Source: the human T2T-CHM13v2.0 reference genome, Homo sapiens
Assembly: GCF_009914755.1 (NCBI RefSeq)
Contig: NC_060937.1
Length of the DNA stretch: 64,000 nt
Reading direction: 5' to 3' (one strand)
The notes under the pieces are model-generated. The model saw only the letters and a list, made by a program, of their open reading frames with translations, was not told the origin of the DNA and made no database searches. Both the position numbers and the translations under genes were made by a program. This document shows, one piece after another, positions 41,542 to 53,914 of the stretch. How positions within the stretch are numbered: the stretch's first letter is position 1; every line of letters starts with the position of its first letter.

Positions 41542-41662
41542 CAGGGGTCAGCAAACTGTTTCTGCAATAGGCCAGCTAGTAAATAGTTTAGCCTTGGTGC
41601 ATCAGGCAATCTGTTGCAACTACTAAACTCTGATTTTGTTGCATGAAAGCAGTCATAGACAG
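41542..41662. mobile_element. MER58A DNA transposon (hAT-Charlie) fragment
   Basis: CAGGGGTCAGCAAACT terminus, then CTGTTGCAACTACTAAACTCTG...GAAAGCAGTCATAGACA. Confidence 0.75.
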
Positions 41663-41876
41663 TGATATGGTTTGACTGTGTCCCCACCCAAATCTCAAAT
41701 TATAGCTCCCATAATTCCCACATGTTGTGGGAGGGAACTGGTGGGAGGTCATTGAATCATGAGGGCAGGTCTATCCCGTGCCGGTCTCATGATAGTGAAT
41801 AAGTCTCACAAGATCTGATGGTTTTACAAAGGGGAGTTCCCCTGCACATGCTCTCTCTCTCTTGTCTGCTGCCATG
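41663..41876 (+). mobile_element. THE1 (MaLR) LTR, 5' part only
   Basis: TGATATGGTTTGACTGTGTCCCCACCCAAATCTCA...GTGAATAAGTCTCACAAGATCTGATGG...GCTGCCATG, followed by unrelated sequence. Confidence 0.88.
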
Positions 41877-43548
41877 CTGGGGAGCTGGCCACACCGAGAG
41901 CTGCCTTCTACTACTATTTCTGGGCCACGTCCTCCACCCTCAAAACAGCAAACCCATCTCCAATGCCAGACTTGGGGCTGCACATGGCCAGGGCAGAAGT
42001 AACTGTGAACTCACAGAGGACAAAAAGAAGAAAGAGAAAGGGAACCCCTTCAGTGCTGTGGCTGAACTATGTTTGCTGTAATTTCTCAATTTCTTTGTGA
42101 AAATGTAATCGTGGTCCCAGAGCATGTGGGGCCCTCTGCACACTGACAGCAGGAAGGAGACTCACTGCAGGGACCACAGAGAGCCACCACCTGGGCCCTT
42201 GCCCTCATGGGCTGGGAGGCTGGGGGGCTGGGGAGGGTCTGTGGGTGTGGATAGCAGAGAGTCTCTGGGGCTGGGGCCCCTCCTCCTCCCTGTCTCTCAG
42301 ACAAGGCATCAGGGCCCCACCTGGGACCACACTGGCCTATCACAGGCAAGGTGACCTTGGCCAGCTGGCTCCTGAGTGAGGCTGGGGAAGGAGACAGGAG
42401 GCAATGGGCCTGGATTTGGGATGGCTGCCCCGCTGGGAGCTCCTAGGAAAAGGTGTCACCCTAAGAGGCCAAGAGGGAGGTGAGCCTCAGGGCTGATGTC
42501 CACCCTGCAGCCTTCGCCTGACCTTCAGTTCTGGGGGGCAGCTTGGGGACCCCCACCTGCCACCGTCAGCCTTTCCACCTGCAGGATCAGGATCCTCCTC
42601 ACAGGCAACTTAAAACCTGAGGACATCACAAAGCAGGAAATTAGTTCCTAAGCAGAAACCCCCCTCCCACCCCCGCTCCAACCCCTCTCCTCCTCTCCAG
42701 CCTCCCTGACCCTCCTAGCATGCTGGCTCCCCCAGCAACACTGCCCTCCTCTCAGACACACGCTCCCTACCTGCCTGCACCCTTACCCCACCCAGCCTCC
42801 TCTGGCCATCCTGGTCCCTAGGTTCAGCCTCCTCATTCCCTGTCCCTGCTCTGTCCCACCCAAGAAGCAGTGCACAGCCCCTCCCCTTCTGCGCACCTCC
42901 CTGGAGACCTCGCCCAGCATCTTGGCGCTAGGCACCTCGGACAGTCTCCCCACTTGTCTGCCATTAAGGTGACCACTTATGCTAGAAGCTTCCAGCAGGG
43001 CAACCACCCCATTGCAGACCCCCTTCCTCCTGCCCCCTGCCCCAGGCCCAGGCTCAGGCTGGGAGCAACTGCCCAACACAGGGCAGCCACCATGGGGGGT
43101 CAGCTGGCCGGGGACACCTTCTCAGTGTTTGGCCATTTCCTCACTGGCACCCTACTCAATGAACACTGTAAGAGATAGTTATTAGAAAAAGTATTTCTCT
43201 ATGAAATCTCCCTAACATTGGAAGAAGCGACTGTTACCCCATATATGCAAAAATCAATTTAGGACCACAAGAAAAAAGGAAATATTACACCTCCAAAGAA
43301 ACACAATAATTCCCCATTAACAGACTCTAAATTGTAAGAGTATATCAAATGGCTAAGAAGAAATTCAAAATAATGATCTTAAGGAAACTCTATGAGATAC
43401 GAGAGAATACAGATAGACAAATCAATGAAATTAGAAAAACAATTTATGATCTTATGGGAAATTCAACAGGATATATATGTCATTAAAAACCAGACAGACA
43501 TCTTGGAGCTGAAGAATTTAAGGAATAAAATAAAAAACACAATGAAGA

Positions 43549-43902
<354 letters not shown>

Positions 43903-43999
43903 CTAGGAAGCTCAAAGGTTCTCAAATAGATTCAACCCAAAAAGGTCTTCTCTGAGGTGCATGATAGTCAAACTGTCAAAAGTCAAAAAGAGGGATTAT

Positions 44000-44297
<298 letters not shown>

Positions 44298-45594
44298 GAA
44301 ATATTAAAAACAGCAAGAAAAAAGCATCAAGTCACATATAAGGGAAACTCCATTTGATTAACGGTGGATTTCCCAGTGGAAACTTTACAGGTCAGTAGAC
44401 AATGAGATGGGATGATATATTCAAAGTACTGAAAGGAAAAAAAAAAAAACTGTCAACCAAGAATACTATACCCAGCAGAGCTATCCCTAGAAATGAGGGA
44501 GAAATAACGTATTTCCCAGACAAGCAAAAACTGAAGGAATTCATTACCACTAGACTGGCCTTACAAGGACTGCTTAAGGTGGTTCTACTTCTGGAAGCAA
44601 GAGGATGATTACTATTGTGAAAACATACAAAAGTATAAAACTCACTGCTAGCGCAGATATACACATGAGAAAGAGAAAGGAATCAAACTTTATCACTACA
44701 GAAAATGACCAAACCACAAAGATTAAAAAAAAATAGAAGAAGAAAAGAACAAAGGATATATAAAACAACCAGAAAAAAAATGAACAAAATGACAGGATAA
44801 AGCCTCATCTATTAATAGTAACCTTGAATGTAATGTAAACAGATCAAATTCCCAATTAAAAGATATAGAGTTGGCTGCCAAGATTAAAAAAAAAAAAAAG
44901 TCCCACTGTATACTGCCTACAAGAAACTCACTTCAACTGTAAAGGTTCATACAGACTGAAAGTGAAGGGATAGAAGAAAATATTCCTGGCAAACAGAAAT
45001 CAAAAGAGAACAGAGGTAGCCATACTTACATCAGATAAAACAGACTTTAAGTCAAACTGTATGAAGAGACAAAGAAGGTCATTTTGTAATGATAGAGGGA
45101 TCAACTTAGCAATAAGATATAATAATTGTAAATATATATGTACCTAACACTAGAGCACTCAGATAAACAAAGCAAATATTATTAGGTCTAAAGGGAAAGA
45201 TAGACTCCAATGCAGCAACAGTTGGGGCCTTTAACACCCCACTCTTACCACTGGACAGATCATCTAGACAGAAAATCAACAAAGAAATATCAGAGTTAAG
45301 CTTACTGATAGGAATAAGTTCTGGTGTTCTATAGTGCTGTAGGGTGACTACAGTTAACAATAATTTATTGTATATTTTTACATAGAGAGGATGTTGAGTG
45401 TTCCCAACACAAAGAATGATAAATATTTGAGGTGACAGATATGCTGACTATCCTGATTTGATCATTACACATTGTATGCAAGTATTGAGATATCCCTGTG
45501 TACCTCATAAATATGAACAAGTATTATGTGTCAGTTAAAAATATTTTTAAAGAATGAAGGAAACCGATTTTTTAAATGAAAGGAAAGAAAATTA

Positions 45595-45870
45595 CCTGAC
45601 TTGGCTGAATGGCCCCATGTGGTCTCTCATTCTCCAGTAGGCTACTTCAGGCCTGTTCACGTGACGGCAGAGGCAAGAGTCCCAGGAGCGGCAACAAAAC
45701 AATGCAAATCCTCTTCCGGCCCAGGCTCAAAATTATATATTACTTCTACCCCATTTTATTGGACAATGCAAATTACACTACCAGTCTGGATTCAAGGAGT
45801 AGAAAATAAACTCCAACTCTTGATGGAAGGAACTATAAAGAATTGTGGCGGTTTTTGATAGTCTACCATA
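45595..45870 (-). mobile_element. Old MLT1 MaLR LTR fragment
   Basis: CCCCATGTGGTCTCTCATTCTCCAGTAGGCTA...GGATTCAAGGAGTAGAAAATAAACTCCAACTCTTGATGGAAGGA. Confidence 0.6.
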
Positions 45871-46316
45871 GGGAGGAAAGATGGGGATGCTATAACCCAA
45901 AATGTGTATTCTTAGGTTGAGATCCTAAATTATAGTCAGGGCATATGGCTTTAGGCTCTGTGGATGACTAAATTAATTTCAAACATATAATGCTGTTTAC
46001 TGTGAAGTGCCAGCTGAAAGGATCATTGTTTAATTTTATGTAATTTACAATACTTATTATACCTCAATAAAAATGTAATTATTGAGGGCTGGCATCAGTT
46101 GCCGAGAGGTGGAAGGAGTACCTCTCTGCAGTGTGTTAACTCAGTTCCGGACAGGACAGGGCTGCAAGTTCAGCTACTTCCCAGATAATGTCCTGGATCC
46201 CCTGCCTGAGTCATCATCCCATGACTGGAGAACGTGGACAGATTATTTTATCAAGAAACTGGTGATAAACGAGGGACTATAGGAATTAAGAACTAAGGCT
46301 AGAAAAGAAATGTTTA

Positions 46317-49300
46317 GAGTGATGCAAGATGGCCAATTAGAAGCAGCTGCAGTCTGCCGCGCTCACAAAGAGGAATGAAAAGGGGCGAGGGAATTCAGCA
46401 CCTTCAACTGAGACAACCAGGTTCTCACATTAGGACTGACTAGATGAACAGGTCGACCAATGGAGAATGAAGACAAGCAGGCAGAGGGTGCGATGGCCCA
46501 GCCAGGGGTGGCGTGGAGCCAAAGGAACCCCCACTCCCAGCCAAGGGAAGCAGTGAGTGAGTGTGCAGTCCTGCCCGGGAAACCGTGCTTCTCCCATGGA
46601 TCTTTGCAAGCCATGGATCAGGAGATTCCTTGTGAGCCCATGCCACCAGGGCCGTGGGTCTGATACACAGACCTGTATGGAGTCTGGGCACATCAGCTCA
46701 GGCACACACAGAAACCCAGGAGTTTTACACACTCTAGCCTCCGGGATCTTCAGCACAGTAGGAAATCTGTCCGTACGCATCTCTGGGAAGGGGGCTGAAT
46801 CCAGGAAGCCAGGCAGCGTCATTCTGCAGGCCCCATTTCCATAGCACCTCACAAGTTAAGACCCACTGACTTGGAATCCTAGCCTGCCAACAGCAGCGGG
46901 TTGGAATCCACCTCAGATGGGTCTGAGTTCCCAGGGAGGTGGGGAGAGGCAGCCGGCACCACTGTGGTTCATAGACTCAGCCACTCCAGCCTGCCAGCTA
47001 TGGAGAATACAGACAGTCTGGACAAGGAAGAGTTCCCCACAACACAGCACAGCTGGCTTGCCAGATCATGACCAGACTGCTTCTTTAAGCAGGACCCCCA
47101 TCCATTCCTCCTCACTGGGCAGGAATCCCTGTGGGGGCTTTAACCACTCCAGCAACGGTTCTATGGACAGAGCTTTGATCTCTCCCTGAAATGGAGCTCC
47201 TGGCGGGAGGGGCAGCTGCCATCTCTGCAGTTTGGTCAACTCAGCCACTCCAACCTGCTGGCTTTGGAGAATACAGGTGGTCCGGAGGAGGAAGGATCCC
47301 CCACAATGCAGCACACCTGCTCTACCCCAAAGCAGCCAGACTGCTTCTTTGGATGGGTCCCTGATCCCATGCCTCCTGACAGGGTGAGAATGCCCAACAG
47401 GGGTCTCCAGCCACCTCCTGCAGGTATGTGTGGGCTGGCTACAGGTCAGTATCCCCCTGGGATGGAGCTTCCAAAGGAAGGAGCTGGCTGCCATCTTTGC
47501 TGTTTTTCAGCCTTCACTGGTAATACCTCATTCAGAGTCTATGAGGAACTTAAATTTACAAGAAAAAAACAACCCCATTAAAAAGTGGGCAAAGGATCTG
47601 AACAACACTTCCCAAAAGAGACATGCATGCAGTCAACAAAAATATGAAAAAAAAGCTCAACATCACTGATCATTAAAGAAATGCAAACAAAATCACAATG
47701 AGATACCATCTCATGCCAGTCAGAATGACTATTATTAAAAAGCCAAAAAACAACAGATGCTGGGAACATTGTGGAGAAAAAGGAATGCTTTTACACTGTT
47801 GGTGGGTGTGTAAATTAGTTCAACCCATGTGGAAGACAGTGTGGCAATTCCTCAAAGACTTAGAGGCAGAAATACCATCAGACCCAGCAATCCCATTATG
47901 GGGTATATACCCAAAGGAATATAAATCATTGTCTTATAAAAATACATGCATGCACACGTATGTTCATTGCAACAGTATTCACAATAGCAAAGACATGGAA
48001 TCAACCTAAATGCCAGTCAATGATAGATTGGATAAAGAAAATGTGGAACATAGAGCAGGACGTGAGGCTTCTGAGCGAGAACATTTGTAGTGCCAGTGAC
48101 GAAAGAGAGAATTTGAGAGATATTGAGATGTTGAGAAAGAGAGATGTTGAGAAAGGCAAGAAGATTTTTGTTCAGAAGTGTGCCCAGTGCCACACCATGG
48201 AAAATGGAGGCAAGCACAAGACTGGGCCTAATCTCCATGGTCTCTTCAGGTGGAAGATAGGTCAGGCCATTGGATTATCTTACATAGACACCGATAAGAA
48301 CAAAGGCATCACCTGGGGAGAGGATACACTGATGAAGTATTTTGAGAATCCCAGGAAGTACATTCCTGGAACAAAAATGATCTTTTCCAGCATTAAGAAG
48401 AAGGCAGAAAGGGCAGACTTGATAACTTATCTCAAAAAAGCTGCTAGGGAGTAATAATTGGCCACTGCCTTATATTGCAAAACAGAAATGTCTCATGACT
48501 TTTTTATGTGTACCATAATTTAATAGATCTCATACACCAGAGTTCAGATTATGAATGACTGTCAGAATATTTTGTTGGGCAGTCCTGATTTAAAACTAAG
48601 ACTGGCTTGTGGTTAAATGAATAAGTTTGGTTTTTGAATATTAATAGTAATTCCAATTCAGTGAATGCTATCACTGTTTACCCCTTCTAAAGATATGATT
48701 AGACTTTGTTAATAATGTTTAAGATGGTGAGTACCATCTTAAAACTTATTGGAGATTGGTTTTATATTTATATTTATATTGGTTTATATTTAGATTTATA
48801 TGACTGGTTATGTGAATATATTTAAATACTGGGGAAATTCCTTCACTGTCTCAGAACCAAGCAAGATGCACCTGTGTTTTGTGTTTATTTGCCTCTTAAA
48901 GGCAAGGGTTGAAGATAAGGTAGCAATGTCTTCTTTGTATTGTTGGCCTTAACTATGCCAGTGTCATTAGAATTCCCTGTATTTAAGATGGTTCCTTTTA
49001 CTTATTCAAAGGCATTTTAGTGTGGTTTATGTGTAATATCAAATAAAGATTATTTAACACTTAAAAAAACAACAACAAAAAAGAAAATGTGGTACACAAA
49101 CACCATGAGAAACTGTGCAGCCATAAAAAGGAATGAGATTACATCCTTTGCAGAGACATGGATGGAGCTGGAAGCTGATATCCTCAGCAAACTAACACAG
49201 GGACAGAAAACCAAACATCGCATGTTCTCACTTACATGCGGGAGCTGACAATGAGAACACATGAGCACACAATGGGGAACAACACACACTGGGGCCTGTG

Positions 49301-49475
49301 GGGAGGGAGGGGATGGGGGAAGGAGAGCATCAGGAAGAATAGCTAATGGATGCTGGGCTTAATACCTAGGGACGGGATGATCTGCAGCCAACCACCATGG
49401 CACACGTTTACCTGTGTAGCACACCTGCACATCCTCCACATGTACCCCTGAACCTAAAAGTTGAAGTAAAAAAGA
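46317..49475 (+). mobile_element. Primate L1 (L1P3/L1PA10-13-like): 5' UTR fused to the ORF2 end and 3' UTR, hosting the CYCS retrocopy
   Basis: The 5' UTR (CAAGATGGCCAATTAGAAGCAGCTGCAG...) runs to ~47530. It is followed by the ORF2 C-terminus (MRYHLMPVRMTIIKK..., [25 protein letters not shown]) and an L1PA 3' UTR to ~49470. Confidence 0.88.
48047..49079 (+). pseudogene. Processed cytochrome c (somatic CYCS) pseudogene; cytochrome c-like frame 48128-48454
   Basis: Intronless [18 protein letters not shown]...GPNLHGLF...WGEDTLM...YIPGTKMIF...[11 protein letters not shown]. It includes a 5' UTR remnant, a ~610-nt 3' UTR, AATAAA at 49042-49047, an A-rich tail at 49063-49079, and TSD AAAGAAAATGTGG (48034-48046, 49080-49092). 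Confidence 0.96.
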
Positions 49476-49539
49476 TATATAAAATTATCTGTATATACAT
49501 ATGCCCTGATATAAGTATACATTATATATGCATGCATCT

Positions 49540-51175
49540 ATAACCACATTTTTATTGAGGTATAACATATATGGTAGGTTGCACTAATCAAGTATATATC
49601 TTGATGATATTATACCTAAGTATATATATGCATGTAACCAACACCTCTATCAATATATTGGTCTATGACTGACCTCCAATTAATTGTAAAGATATAGAGT
49701 GTTAAGGTTCATGTTTTTCACATAGCTCTCAATTCCTCCTGTACCATTTATTGTAAAGAGCATAATTTCCACCAATGAATCGCAGAGGTGCATTTATTGC
49801 AAATAAAGTGAATATATATGTGTAGGTCTGTTTCTGGGCTTTTTCTTTCATTACGACTGTCTATACTTAAGTCCAGACCACAGTTTTAATTATTCTGGCT
49901 TTATAGTGACTCTTGAGAACTTGTGTATAAGTCTTCCAACTTTGTACTTCTTTGTTTAAAAACTATCTTGGCTCTCCTAGATTTTTTGAATTTCCATATA
50001 AATTTTAGAATCATCTTGGCAATTTACATACACACACACCCCCCAAACCCACACACACATACAATATCTAAAATTGTTGAGATTTCCAACTCATGAACAT
50101 AATATATCTCTCTACTGAGGTCTTCTTTGATTTCTTTTAGCAATGTTTGTAGTGTACAGGTTTTACACATCTTTTGTTAGTTTTATTTCTACGCAGTTGA
50201 TATATTTTTATGCCATTTTAAATGACATTTGAAGATCTTCATTTTCTAAATATTTGCAGTTGGTATATAGGAACATAACTAATTTTTGTATATTGACTTT
50301 TGTTCATTTGTTTGTCTTAAGACAGGGCCTTGCTCTGTCACCATAGGCTGGAGTGCAGTGGCACCTGGGATCAAGCATTTCTCCCACCTCAGTCTCCCAC
50401 ATAGCTGGGACTACAAGCAGGCATCACCACACTTGGCTAATTTTTAAAATTAATTTTTGTAGAGAAGGAGTCTCTCTGGTCTCACTGACCCAGGCTGGTC
50501 TTGAACTCCTGGATTCAAGCAATCCTCCCACCTCAGCCTCCCAAAGTGCTGGGATTACAGGTGTGAGCCACCACACCTGGCCTTGTATGTTGACTTTACA
50601 TCTAGCATCCTTCATAAATTCACACATTCATTTTAATAATGAATTTGTAGATTCCCTTGGATTTTTTAAATATATGCAATCACATAAAGTTACTACTTTC
50701 TTTCCACTTTTTATACTTTTTTTCTTTATTGAATTATCTAGGACTTTCACTGTAATATTGAATAGAAATTGTAAGAGGAGACGGCCTTGCCATGTTCCCA
50801 AACTCAGGTGGAAAGAATTTCATGCTTCACTATTTGAAATGATGTTTGCTATAGGCTTTTGTAGTCATTCTTCACTAGATTAAGAGAGTCCATTTTATTT
50901 CTAGTTTGCTAAAAGTTTTGAATCATGAATTGCTGTTGAATATATCAGATATTTTTTCTGCATCTATCAAGGTAATCAAAACGTTTTTCTGTTTTCCATT
51001 AATGAGATTTTCAAATGTTAAACCAACCTTTTTTATTTTTGGAATAAACTCCTTTTGGTCTTAATGTATTATCTTTTTGATGTATCACTAGATTCTATTT
51101 GCTAATATTTTATTTAGAACTTTTCATCTGTGTTCATGAGTGATATGTAGTTTTCTTTCCTTGAAATGTCTTTAT
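49540..51175 (-). mobile_element. Old L1M remnants (antisense)
   Basis: T-rich L1 motifs, e.g. TTTCCATATAAATTTTAGAATCATCTTG and TTTCTAGTTTGCTAAAAGTTTT. Confidence 0.7.
50300..50582 (-). mobile_element. AluJ element
   Basis: GACAGGGCCTTGCTCTGTCACC...CTCCTGGATTCAAGCAATCCTCCCACCTCAGCCTCCCAAAGTGCTGGGATTACAGG...GGCC. Confidence 0.9.
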
Positions 51176-51475
51176 CAGCTGGTCTACAATTAGCTTAGGT
51201 GGCTTGGGTGACTCCTATCTGCTCAACTCATCTTCATCCTCTGTCAGGATGAATATGATGGATATGTTTCAAGGTAATGGCAAAAGGAAAGAGCTAGAGT
51301 GGAATCTTACAAATGCTTTTGCAAGCCTCTCCTTTGTGGCATCCCGGTGACCAAATCAACTCACATAATGGAACACAAAATTAGAGTGAAAGGGCACTAC
51401 GAGGTGAAATGTGAGGGCTTGGATTTAGGAATAGGTGAAGAATTGAGACCATTGATGGAATCATTCTACCGTATC
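51176..51475 (-). mobile_element. Old MLT1 MaLR LTR fragment
   Basis: Loose similarity to MLT1, ending GGTGAAGAATTGAGACCATTGATGGAATCATTCTACC. Confidence 0.45.
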
Positions 51476-52847
51476 CTCAGGCAGTGAAGCATTTTCATCC
51501 ATGCAGATAGTTCACAAGAAATAACTACTATATAGTCAGAGACTCAAGACTTCAGCAATTGTATAAAAATACATTTGTAAATACCTAAAGACCTTGAGGA
51601 GAAGGGTCTGAACCACATCTCACCCAGGTTATGCTATTCACGGCTAAGACATGACTCTACCACTCCCTTGGCCAATTTTGAAAATTATTTCAAACTATTT
51701 GAGGTGGAAGTACTTTCTGTCACTCCGAATGGGCACAGTCATGGAGTAATGTGACCAGGGTCCACTGGATGGGTCATGGCACTGAGGGCAGCCATCCCAA
51801 AATTTCCAAATTCCATCTTTTTGGGGAAAACACCTCTTGATTGCTAATATTGTTTTTTAAAGCAGGTTAAGCTAATAACTGTGAGTTAATTATACTACAT
51901 CTAGATTGAGCCAATTTTCTTTCAGTAGATTTGGTGGTGACTAATATAAACTTGGCAACACTTAATATTAGCTGGGGTGTTTTTAAAAAGCCAAAAACTT
52001 TTAGCATGTAAATCAAAACAAAGACATTACTATTTTTTTCTGGGGTGATCTCTAGACTCTTGGTTTCTATCAGTTATTAAACTGTTATCTCAACTGTTAT
52101 CTCCTTGGGGCATTGACAAAGTACTAATAAGTCATTGATTCCTTTACCATTTTTAATCAGAGTATCCCAAAAGGAGGTAATCATGTGTTTTAATAAATTC
52201 CACAAATCATAAACCACCCAAAAAGCAAATCTACCATCCATATTAATATTTAGTCTTTCATCTTTGCCAGAGTGCAGCCCCAAATCTAAGCTACTAGTTC
52301 AGCTACCTGGGCAGGCTGGGAATCGGGCCATGGAGCCCTTCAGCGATTGCATGTTCAGTGATAACAACATGTCCTGCACTGGGAGTGTCTCTGTCATATT
52401 TGAGAGCCATCTACAAAGTATATTAAATCAAGGTTGACTAAAAGGGAGAAGATTGAAATCCAGGCATACTTAAGTCCTGAGAGGATGCTAAACAGTCATG
52501 TGATTCCCCTTTATTCTTAAAAGGGAATCAAGTTGCAGGGTTACATTTTGAACAGCAGCGAATACGCAAAGCAGACATTACAATTTCATAAGTGGTAAAT
52601 TTGCTAGTGGAGAAGTGTCAGATGCTGCCTTGAAGTAGCAAAAACTGTAGAGATGCAGGACCCATAGAGTTAGTGGAGAAACAAGCACTACGGTGGAAGC
52701 ATCAACAAGTTTGGCCACTGCTACCACCTCATGCAAGTACGGAAGGTATACCTTTGCCTCCAAATCAAGGAATGTGCTAAGATAGGCAGAGAGAAGAGTA
52801 TGGTAGATTTAGGAAAACCCGAAGGTGGAGGTTGTTGCAAGAAGGCT

Positions 52848-52880
52848 TGGGATTACAGGTGCGAGCCACCAGACCTGGCC
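52848..52880 (-). mobile_element. 33-bp Alu 5'-end stub
   Basis: TGGGATTACAGGTGCGAGCCACCAGACCTGGCC, with no further Alu sequence to its left. Confidence 0.8.
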
Positions 52881-53277
52881 TTGTAGAGCAGACAGCATTT
52901 TCTACTTTTGCATCACAAGGAAGAGTTTCAGAAATTATAAACTTTGTAAGCCCATGCAAAGGCTGAACTATTGAGAAAAATCAGATATACAATTACCTAC
53001 ATTCCTAGAATCTCCTTAGCCATCTTTTAATTTCTGTTCTTGATAGAATTGAATGCACTTTATTCTAGCTGAAAACAGACACTGTCCATTTGGTGAGAGA
53101 TTGTGACCAGAAAAATTTAGATTCTTGGCAGAGTTGAAATTTTTTCTAGATTCTTTATGTCCCTTTTCACCTAATTTGGATAAGAGGTATTTGGAGTCTT
53201 CAGTAAACTACTTAGATCAGAAAACACAGCAGAAAATCATCTAAATATTGAGTTGATATATATATGATTGTAAAAAA

Positions 53278-53278
53278 T

Positions 53279-53326
<48 letters not shown>
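53278..53326. repeat. (TA)n microsatellite
   Basis: Directly visible. Confidence 0.95.
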
Positions 53327-53327
<1 letters not shown>

Positions 53328-53470
53328 CCTTTTTTAGACATTGAGAGAACTATGAGGGGATTCAAAAAAATCCCTAAAGCTTAACCATCCAGGTATATTT
53401 GTTTTCCCACAAAAAAGCGAATATTGACTGTTTTTATATATGTATACTAAGCAAGGCTGCACATAAATTA

Positions 53471-53914
<444 letters not shown>

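Noticed and set aside
46977-47400. ~264-bp direct repeat (TCAGCCACTCCA...GGAGAATACAG...CCAGACTGCTTCTTT, twice)
   Set aside because: It lies within the L1 5' UTR and is most likely an intrinsic duplication of that L1 subfamily, not locus-specific.
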